Assembly: GCA_964019335.1 (NCBI GenBank)
Contig: OZ025651.1
Coordinates: forward strand, 1-64,000
Reading direction: 5' to 3'
Source of the DNA: Diplonema japonicum
Taxonomy: Eukaryota > Protista > Euglenozoa: Diplonemea
DNA length: 64,000 bases
The stretch's first letter is position 1; each line of letters starts with the position of its first letter. Shown here piece after piece: positions 55,777-64,000 of the stretch. Below the pieces are notes generated by a model. It ran no database searches. It saw only the letters and a program-made list of their open reading frames with translations, and was not told where the DNA came from. Both the position numbers and the translations under genes were made by a program.

Positions 55777-57099
55777 TTAAATAGCGCAAAACTCTTTGTA
55801 GTTGCAGGATGCAGCCAAGGGGTAGGCCGTGAGGAGGTCGGTAGGCGAGCACCAAGGCTGGCTAGTGCGGCCTTCGCCGCAGCGCGGCCAGTTCACTTGC
55901 CGTTCGTTATGGCGGAGCTGGACCTGTGGGCCCGTCTGCGAGCAGTTGTAGAGCACCATGTCTACGTTAACTGCCATAGTGGAAATGACACCCGTGCGCC
56001 ACCGGCGAGAGGAGGCTTGCTCCCAAGGCATGCTGGCCGTGAGGGGGGTAGCATCCTTGTACAAGCCCAAGAAGGCAAGGACAGGCATCAAAGTCTCAGC
56101 GTGAGAAAACATATAGCTTCCACCAGGCAAACCAGCTGCCATGCTTTCCATCATCGCCTGCACAGTAGGACAGGCCAACTGCCACGACAGGTCGATGCCA
56201 TGGCCAGACGCGTAGTACTCGCTCAGATCAGAGTGGAAAGCCCACATGTCGTAGTCAGGAGCATCGAACACAGCACACGGTGAAGTTGCCTCAGACACGT
56301 TCAGGGCTGTCGTTTCAAAGGCGCACGCGTTATAGAACAGCTCGAGATCCTCAGAAGTGGGCACCCACATCGAAGGGTCAATGTCTAGCTTGGCAACCAT
56401 CTTTGGTATCATCGTGCTGCTTATGTTGACTGCCATATAGCGCTGCGGCTCTGCCACAGCGGGCGACGTCGCGTTTTGCAAGACGGCCTGGGTGTACAGG
56501 GGGCAGTTCGCAGCAGGGCGGAGGACCAAGTCGCCGTCTGCCTCAGGGTTACCCGAGAAGACTGTGACCATGGAGATGGGTGCGTTGTCGCCATCGCCGA
56601 GGATGCCCCTCCCCTCCATGAAGGACGACAGAGCGTATGCTACACCTGATACTGACGTCCGGGACTTGTAAGTTGCCTGGAAGGGGTACACGTTGGGGTT
56701 GTAGTTCTGTTGCATTACCGAGCTGTTGAATTCCAAACGGGCCCTTGCCCCCAGGCCGTACTGTTCCTTCTTCCCAACTGCGTTGAGTTCTTTTGCCGTG
56801 TTTTCGGCGAATGGTATTGTCCAGTTCTGCAGAAAGTGATAGTCGGGGTTCCTAATTGCACCACCTTTCGTTTTCAACAGCTCTTGCAGCGATACCAGAG
56901 GCTTGAAGCTCCCATTTCTCGAGCCGTGTCGGCTCAGATGATGCACCCGCACAGGCACACACTGTTCATCATCCTTGCCGCTCGCTGTCCCTATCACGGG
57001 AGACGACCAGTAGGGCGTCTTTGTTGCGAAATCATGCACCGTAGGACGCACGCTTGGAGGTGACACTGTCACAGCACAGGCGAGGAGGATCGCTTGCAT
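55777..57099 (-). CDS. MINPP1: Secreted histidine acid phosphatase, MINPP1/phytase-like
   Basis: TKTPY, RHGSR and FSHAETLMP; signal peptide. Confidence 0.85.
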   Translation of the reverse strand: MQAILLACAVTVSPPSVRPTVHDFATKTPYWSSPVIGTASGKDDEQCVPVRVHHLSRHGSRNGSFKPLVSLQELLKTKGGAIRNPDYHFLQNWTIPFAENTAKELNAVGKKEQYGLGARARLEFNSSVMQQNYNPNVYPFQATYKSRTSVSGVAYALSSFMEGRGILGDGDNAPISMVTVFSGNPEADGDLVLRPAANCPLYTQAVLQNATSPAVAEPQRYMAVNISSTMIPKMVAKLDIDPSMWVPTSEDLELFYNACAFETTALNVSEATSPCAVFDAPDYDMWAFHSDLSEYYASGHGIDLSWQLACPTVQAMMESMAAGLPGGSYMFSHAETLMPVLAFLGLYKDATPLTASMPWEQASSRRWRTGVISTMAVNVDMVLYNCSQTGPQVQLRHNERQVNWPRCGEGRTSQPWCSPTDLLTAYPLAASCNYKEFCAI

Positions 57100-57511
57100 G
57101 TCTTATGTCGCCTTTGAATAAAATTCCAGGAACAAGAGATAAAAACAAAAAAAAATAATACCAAAAGGGCTATGCATGCGTCGTTCGTTCTTTTTTGTCT
57201 CATTAACTCTCCCTTATCCCTTCCCTTTCCATAAACAAAGGGGGGGGGGGGGGATAGAGCAAAAAAAGGGGAGGGCAATCAATACCCGACGCAGCCAGAG
57301 AGGGAGAGGGAGAAAGTACTTATAAAAAAAAAAGCAGACATTCCACGCTGGACAACATCTTCTGATTGAATTTGTTGTTGCTTCTTTTATCAAACACATT
57401 CTCCTTTTAAAAAAAGAAGAAGAAAAACCTTTCTTTCCTATTAATTTGATGGCAGTTTCAAATATGTAGTAAAACCCTCTTCCTTTCCGTTCAGTTGCAC
57501 TCATATTCTCT

Positions 57512-58291
57512 TTAAAGCTTTCCACCAATCGACATGATATCGAACGCAATCTGCCACACAGACCCAACCTGGATCCACCTCACGTAGTAAGGCCCACTCC
57601 CAGTAGAGTCAGTTACAACCCCGATCTCGTGGAGAAGGGTGGGGTTCTCCAGGTAGGTGGTGGTGGGAGTGAGGGTGAGGTTGCGAAGACCGTTGGAGTA
57701 AGCACCAGAGAAGAAAGCCTGAAGCTGGGACTGGAGGAGGTAAGTGTCAGCAGTGGGAGGGATGAGCTGGGCACCAGGGTTGTAGACCGAGGCCACTCCG
57801 GAGAAGTTCTTTGCATTGTACATGGCAGCAAAGTGATGGTCCATGGCAATGAGCCACGAAGGCACTGCTGTTGCCTGACCCACAGCCGATGCCTCATCCC
57901 CAATCACCGTGCTGTCAAACGCAATCTCCCACACCGAGTTGATGTTCACCCACCTCCTGTACAGCTTCGTTACCTTACCGTCCACCTTCGTCTCCCCGAT
58001 TTCATGGTACAGCGAATCCCCTTCCTTGCACGCCAGCACCGGTGTCCATGCCAGTCCCTTCACACCTCCATCTGCCAAGCTCTTGTAGAACGCCCCCACA
58101 CCCGTCCCTAAAATAAACTTACCAGCACTGGGCGGAATCAGCTCCGCGCCAGGGTTGTACACCCCCTGCAGACCGGTGTAGTCCCCAGCGTTGTAAAGAT
58201 GCGTCATCTTCGCTGTCATGTCGTGCATCCATTGCGGGGGCGGACCCGGCTGCGCGGTCACCATTGCCACGGCAAGAAGAGCGGTCAGCAT
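57512..58291 (-). CDS. Secreted protein with two tandem NTF2/SnoaL-like (DUF4440-type) domains
   Basis: Signal peptide. Internal duplication YNAGD..VYNPGAELIPP..HEIG..W.IAFD / YNAKN..VYNPGAQLIPP..HEIG..WQIAFD. Confidence 0.75.
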   Translation of the reverse strand: MLTALLAVAMVTAQPGPPPQWMHDMTAKMTHLYNAGDYTGLQGVYNPGAELIPPSAGKFILGTGVGAFYKSLADGGVKGLAWTPVLACKEGDSLYHEIGETKVDGKVTKLYRRWVNINSVWEIAFDSTVIGDEASAVGQATAVPSWLIAMDHHFAAMYNAKNFSGVASVYNPGAQLIPPTADTYLLQSQLQAFFSGAYSNGLRNLTLTPTTTYLENPTLLHEIGVVTDSTGSGPYYVRWIQVGSVWQIAFDIMSIGGKL

Positions 58292-58470
58292 GTTATTTGT
58301 ATGTAACGTGTATCTCGGAACCTTGCTAGGTAGATAAGGGGTAAATAAGGGGAAAATGTAAAATGTTTTGCTTTTTAAAATACATTGCACTCTGTGGTTA
58401 CGCAACAGAAAAAAGGGGGGAAAGAGGGGGGAAAACGTTGTTGTTAGTCGATACTTCGTTGCTATGTAGC

Positions 58471-59483
58471 TCAGATCTCAGAGGTGCAGGGGGACTTGTT
58501 GAGGCCACACTCGTTGGCGCCCCTCTTGACCCTGATGTAGCCGTTCTCGCCCCAGGACGCACCCCAGGAGTTCTTGATGATCCAGTAGTCGGCGGCGTAG
58601 CCGACGATGAGCACACCGTGGTCGAGGGTGCAGACCTCGCAGCAGTTGGTGAGGATGCCACCGTTGTAGGTCTGCCACTTGGTGGCGTCGACCGCGATGG
58701 AGAGAGGACCGTTGGGGCCTACGAACTCGGCCATCGCGTTCTCATTGTGTGCGATGTCCTTGTGGCCCTTGATGGTGGCACCGACGGCCTTGCCGGACAC
58801 GTCGTGGCACACCCCGCTGATCCCATCTCCAGAGGTGTAGTGGTACGAGGCCTCCGTCACAATCTGCCCGCTGTGGGACTGGAGGAGCCACTTGAAGGCG
58901 TTGTCCATGAGACCACCGTTGCAGCCGTCGTCGATTTTGTCGCACGACACGAGCTCCTGCTCAGAGAGCGAGGTAAGGGTGTGCCCCGAAAGGAACCACT
59001 GTCCCTCGATGCCACCAGTGGTGGAGAACGCCCAGCAGCTGTCATTTAATTTTATCTCTATTTACTAAAACCACCATACCTCCCGCACTGCGCTTGGTTC
59101 TTCACGTGCGTCACGGCACCCTTGGTCCTCCAGTCCACAGAGGTAGGGGCAGCAACAGCTGAGGGAGTGTAGATTGGGCCCTCCTTCTCCTGAACCTGCA
59201 GGTTGTGGTACACCTTGAACTCCTCAGAGGAAAGGTCCGAGAACCTGTTCATGCCGAAGGTGGCCCCCATGGTTTGTTCCTTCTCGTACTCTGCACCCTT
59301 CAGCAGGTTCTTGGTGAAGATTTGGAACCTCCTCTCCTCCTCTGCGGCGCTGCTGTAGGCCTTGTTGTAGTCAGCCTTGAAGGTCCTGAACATCGTCCTG
59401 GAGTTGGCACGGATGTAGTCCTCAGACAGACCCTGCGCGCACCCTGCAAGCAGGGCAATCATAACGGCGGTGCTGCAACGCAT
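58471..59483 (-). CDS. Papain-family (cathepsin L/cruzipain-like) cysteine protease; intron 59039-59079
   Basis: Signal peptide, ERFNIN-like prodomain, VDWR..GAVT.VKNQAQCG|SCWAFS, LDHGV and WIIKNSWG. Confidence 0.95.
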
Positions 59484-60473
59484 CTTGTGTTCCTGTGAGC
59501 GTTGAGAAGGTGAGAAGGACGATAGACAACACAATTCGTTCGTTTCAAGCTCAGCCAACGCCGAGAGATAAAGTTATAAGGAAAGCACAGAAACATAAAA
59601 AAAAAAAACCAAAAAGCCAAAAAGCGGAGAGATTGAAGAGCTGTTGGGCGTGAGTTTAGCCTCCACAAGACAACGATCATGGCGGAGAGAGACAGAAGAA
59701 AAAAAAGAGGGGGGGAATAAGGAAAGAAAAAAAAAAGAAAAAAAAAAGAAAAGACTTTTTTTTTAGAAGAAATAAAAAGCAATCACCACTTCTTTTTTAT
59801 CCTTAAATCTCCGTTTGAGGCATAGGGTTCTTATGGGGGACGTGCTCCCCCACCTCGCTGAAACAGCCCTATTTCTCACGAAGAAAGGAAGATGAAAAAT
59901 GAAGCAGGAAGTGGAAAGAGTAAGAGAAGAAGAAAAACGAAACCCCCAGACGATACCAGGGGGTTTACGAAAAGACGAGGAGGAAAAAAAAAAAAGAAAA
60001 AAAAAGAAGAACTGTGCACACGAGCACGGAAAGAATAAAGGTGGAGCAAAAAAAAAGAAAAAAGAATTGTTTGTGCGCACGAGCGGTCTTTTACCTAATA
60101 AAAAATAGCTCATTGCGCTGCCATCGATTAGTCTTTCGTCTCGACAATAATATTGTTACAACAAAATTAACAAAATAAAAAGGATGTTTTTTTTTTTTTT
60201 TCCCCCTTCTGTTGTTTCCCCTCTCTTTAAAGGGGATAAAAGGCGGATTTTCTATATTCCTTTTTTTTTTCTTTTTCTTTTTTTTTTATTGTCGTATTCT
60301 GGAAAAAAAAAAATAATGGTGCTCACCACAAATTCTAGTAAAGAAAAGAAGAAAAATAAAAACAAAACAAAACTCGATCTTTTAACGTGAAGGTGACACA
60401 AGTCAAACGGCGCTCAGTACGGTTACCCCTCTTTTGAGAAAAAAGAAAAGATTCTACGTGGGGGGGTCTACCC

Positions 60474-61586
60474 TTACAACTCAATGTCGCTCATCTCGGC
60501 AGCATGAATCTCCATGGAATCAGAGGGACGGCTTGCCAGACTTCTCGTGAATTTGACATTTCTACGTCGTTTGACGACAACAGCCGCAACTACACCAACC
60601 ACAAGGCACCCAACAGCGAGAGATACAAATAGATACACAGACGGCTCGGAAGACGAACCATTTGAAGGCGTGGGTACCACACCAGAAGGACTGGGGACCC
60701 CACGGGTGTATACCTCGGTAAAGGCATCAATGGAGAAAGAAGTGATGAAATCGAAGGAAGAAACAGTCACACGCAGCTGCTCCGCAAGGAAGCTACCATG
60801 CGAAGCTGGGATGAAGGTACCACGCGGGATTGTCACGACAAGAAGAATCTTGAAAGGAGCGATCGACACAACGGGTTCGGTAGCAGCTGGCATGGGGTGC
60901 GGTTGGCATGTTGCGTTGACCCACCTGCAAACCACGGACTTTGTGCAAAAATCGAGCCCCGCCAGTGTGAAGGCAGCACAGTGATCACCGATATTGTCGA
61001 TCTCACCCCCACACCACTCCCCTGTAGCTGCACAGTGTGTTGTGTAGTTGAATTTATTCGAAGTGAGTTCAGTCGCGAACCATGCCTCTTCGATGAACGT
61101 GCTGATCTGGTTTCGAATCTCCACAACAATGTGCCGTTCGAGTTCAACAGGAGCCTTGTGGAAGTACATCACCATTGCTGCTGTGATGTCTGTTAACAAC
61201 GGTTCGACATCTGTGCAAGATGGTTCGCATGTGGCGCATAATGGGGCAGCCGCAGCCCCGCACCCTTCTTGAAGATGCTGTGCCGAGCAGGAGGTTGTTG
61301 CACCGTAGCACAGACAGGAGGAGTTGCCTGAAAAGGTCCTGCCGCACTGGTAGCCTTCCTGCCCGTTGATGCATTCTTCAAACCCGTTCTGTATTTTGCA
61401 GATTTCTCCTTTTATGGACTTCGGTAGGTTCTCATACTCGCCTATGATGCAGCCTATGCTTGTCCAGCTGCAGTAGTCCAGGCCGCTTTCCCCGCTGCAC
61501 ACGGTTTCGTTCTGTGCATTGCATAGTACTGTGTAGTCTTCTAAGATATCTGCTAGCATTGCTATTATAGTTAGGTGTATGAGCAT
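60474..61586 (-). CDS. Cys-rich type I membrane/surface protein
   Basis: Signal-like start MLIHLTIIAMLA, Cys-rich ectodomain, S/P/T stalk, and a TM followed by KRRR. Confidence 0.7.
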   Translation of the reverse strand: MLIHLTIIAMLADILEDYTVLCNAQNETVCSGESGLDYCSWTSIGCIIGEYENLPKSIKGEICKIQNGFEECINGQEGYQCGRTFSGNSSCLCYGATTSCSAQHLQEGCGAAAAPLCATCEPSCTDVEPLLTDITAAMVMYFHKAPVELERHIVVEIRNQISTFIEEAWFATELTSNKFNYTTHCAATGEWCGGEIDNIGDHCAAFTLAGLDFCTKSVVCRWVNATCQPHPMPAATEPVVSIAPFKILLVVTIPRGTFIPASHGSFLAEQLRVTVSSFDFITSFSIDAFTEVYTRGVPSPSGVVPTPSNGSSSEPSVYLFVSLAVGCLVVGVVAAVVVKRRRNVKFTRSLASRPSDSMEIHAAEMSDIEL

Positions 61587-62735
61587 TCTTTTTAGTTCTG
61601 TCCGTTCTCCCTGCTCACGCCCCTCCCTCCTTCCCTCCCGGCCTGGTGAAAGATTCAAGGTATTGTTGTAAAGATATTCTTGGTATATTTCTTTCTCACA
61701 TTCTTTTTTTTAAAAAAGAGGGGGGAGGGGGGTGAAGTCATGAAACAAAAAAGGGGGTGGGGGGGGAAACTGGTACACCTTTGCTTTTTTTTTTTCTTCT
61801 CTTTTTCTTTCTTTTTCGTTTTTTTTTTTCAGCTAATTTTGGTTTCAAAAATAAAAAAACGCGGAGTTCTGGGAATAGATACGGAAAAATAAAATTAAAA
61901 AAAAGGGCAAAAAAAAAATCGCTACGATGAGAGAAGTGTTAACAACGACCCATCCACAAAAAAAATGCACTATGTTAAAGCAGAGGTGTGATACCTCTTA
62001 CCTTGCCCGCCACTACTTTTGCCGGCAAAAAAAAAAAAAAAAAAAAGGGAAATCGTAAGAACACGGGCAGTAAAATTGAAACGCGGGCAGAATTAAACAC
62101 ACAAAAAAAAACACTTTTTTTTTCTTTCTTTTCTTCGAAATCGTTCTATTTATTTTCTTTTTCTTCAATGGGGGGGGGGGGGAGAAAGCTATTACAGCAT
62201 TTGATATAACGTTCCAACGCCAACGAACTAGTTGTTACAACCTTTGTATAATAATAAAAGGCAAATCCTAAAGGCTTTCGAGAGAAATACTAATAGAAAG
62301 AGAGAAATGAAGAACTGCACCCACGGCCTTCTTAATCATCACTGAACACTTTTGCATGATTTCCATCCCCTCCCTCCCCTCACAGGACTTGGGTGTTTTC
62401 TTTTTCTTTTTTCTCTTTTCTTTTTTTTCTTCTAAATTGCTACGAAAATTTAAAAAAAAAAAAAAAAGTTGGCGGTAAGTAAGTAATTTCTTTTTTTTTT
62501 TTTTATTCCACCAATTTGTCATGTGAGTCACTCTACTGCTGCTCCTGAGCAAGACCTAAGCAGAGTTAGTTATGAAAATCTTTATTCTGCATTACGACAT
62601 AAAGGTTTTCATTAACTCACTCAGAGTGGGACAAAGATAAACTGTATTGGTTAGAGTCGGGGGAAAAAAAAAAAGAAGAAAAAAAAAAAAAGAGAAAACT
62701 GGCCGTTGTTTGTACGTGTTGGGGAAAAATCTGGA

Positions 62736-62788
62736 GAAACTTATAAAACCCGCAAACACATTGCCAATGTTCCTCTTTTGTTTAGACT
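62736..62788. repeat. Dispersed intergenic motif family B, copy 2
   Basis: cttataaaacccgcaaacacattgcca...tagac matches 38884-38933. Confidence 0.6.
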
Positions 62789-63020
62789 GGTCAAAGAAGT
62801 CTCGTTCTTACAAAAAAAAAAAGAGAAAACAAAGATAACTACATCATGTTCTTGTTTTCTTTTCTTCTTTTCTCTTTTTTAAGATTTCATTTAAAAAATT
62901 AAAGGGAATGTAACAAAAAACTTAGGGGAAAAAAAAAAGAAAGCCTCGATTTAAAAAGAAATAGAATAAAAAAATCCTTCTTTTTTTTCTCTCTCTTCCT
63001 TTTTTATCATTTCTTTTTTA

Positions 63021-63096
63021 TCATTTCTTTTTGCAACTGCATCGCGAATCCCACAACTCTTTCAGCACCTGTGTTTTAAATATTTTGTCGTTCCAG

Positions 63097-63151
<55 letters not shown>

Positions 63152-63226
63152 ACACCTGAACAACATAAGGCATCACAATGTCGCTGTTCTTATGCTTCCA
63201 CGCAAGTTCGATCGCGACATCAGGCT

Positions 63227-63259
<33 letters not shown>

Positions 63260-64000
63260 TTTCCCTTCTTTTTTGGGGCGTTGCAAAACAAACCTCCGCT
63301 ATCTCGTAGCAAGTGTACAAAGTAGCTGCAAAGCACTCATGAAGCCCGTTGTCCATAAATGTGTTCAAGAGCTCGCTCACTGTCTTGGAATCGCCTGACT
63401 CCAAGGCGTACTGAATGGCATCTTGGTAGAGTTTGTCCTCAAGGGCTGTTTCTATGGCAGAGGAGTGCTTGCCCGACTGAGCATGGATCCATGATGCAAC
63501 CCTCCTCAGCTCCATGAGAGGGTGGGTTGACAAAGAGGTGCAGAGATTCTGGCGGTCAAAGTTTGTGTACGAAGACAGCGAGTCGCGCAGAGCCTCGTAG
63601 TCTTCCTCTTCGATGTACACCTCATTGATGGCCTCGTTCACAGTTTTGCTGTTGATCTTCTGCACTGTCTTCAGCCATTCCACGATGAGCCCCACGTTGT
63701 TGTGCCTCTGCACGGCGAGCACCACCCTCTCGGGGTTCACCCTGTTCGAGATTGAAAATAAAAAGTCAGACAGCAGGTCCGGGTGGCACGTCATGTACAG
63801 CGAGATACCTGAGTAGATGTGGTCGATGACCGTCGCCTTCCCGCAGGACTCCTTGAACACTTCATGGGTCCACGAGGTGCTCGGGTGATCCAGCATCACT
63901 GACAGCGCCGAGTCCCATGCCTCGTTGTACGTGTGCAAATACCTCGCCTCGCCCCACAGGTGCTGCACCTCGCACGCACGCAGCATCTCTACTCGGTTCA
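63021..64000 (-). CDS. CHC: Clathrin heavy chain, C-terminal part (divergent; gene extends beyond window); introns 63225-63293 and 63069-63155
   Basis: LRACE..HLW.E, VNEAINEVYIEEEDYEALRDS, HPLMELRRVA, ECFAATLYTCYE, PDVAIELAW and MPY. Confidence 0.88.

Noticed and set aside
1-64000. Stop-codon readthrough, alternative genetic code, or non-canonical introns to explain split ORFs
   Set aside because: Every break I examined in the recognisable genes is resolved by a short canonical GT-AG intron.
1-64000. tRNA, rRNA or CRISPR arrays
   Set aside because: No cloverleaf, rRNA-like or repeat-spacer patterns recognised by eye; small snoRNAs cannot be excluded without Infernal.

Overview
Eukaryotic nuclear DNA, most likely a euglenozoan such as a diplonemid (inference). 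About 33 protein-coding genes all lie head-to-tail on the minus strand, resembling a polycistronic directional cluster. Unlike kinetoplastid genes, they contain many tiny GT-AG introns. I resolved 31 by hand: most are 27-59 nt, 25 are phase 0, 25 fall in the last third of their CDS, and most are A-rich with no polypyrimidine tract. The window opens in a (GGGTTTGC)n satellite. Housekeeping genes include Pth, glycosyltransferases, a calmodulin-like protein, an EEEE four-domain Ca channel, SMT, ELO, RPL22, a DHHC enzyme, WDR63, Sec24, an SMP lipid-transfer protein, ALKBH1, ZNHIT3, a MAPK, SPCS2, MINPP1, cathepsin L and clathrin heavy chain. The standout is a tandem pair of Cys-loop pentameric ligand-gated ion channel genes (50600-54556) with an anion-type PAR M2. 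Each carries a calmodulin-like EF-hand pair in the M3-M4 cytoplasmic loop and, once a 59-nt intron is removed, a predicted fifth transmembrane helix. The two copies are homogenised except at their termini and a 16-codon loop-F patch. Other oddities are an MSP-C2-kinesin-PH-SWIRM protein, an LRR protein with bacterial-adhesin-like repeats, a retroelement relic in a Sec24 intron that ends in an AG|GT ratchet-like site, and two dispersed intergenic repeat families. All calls come from reading motifs by eye; no searches were run.
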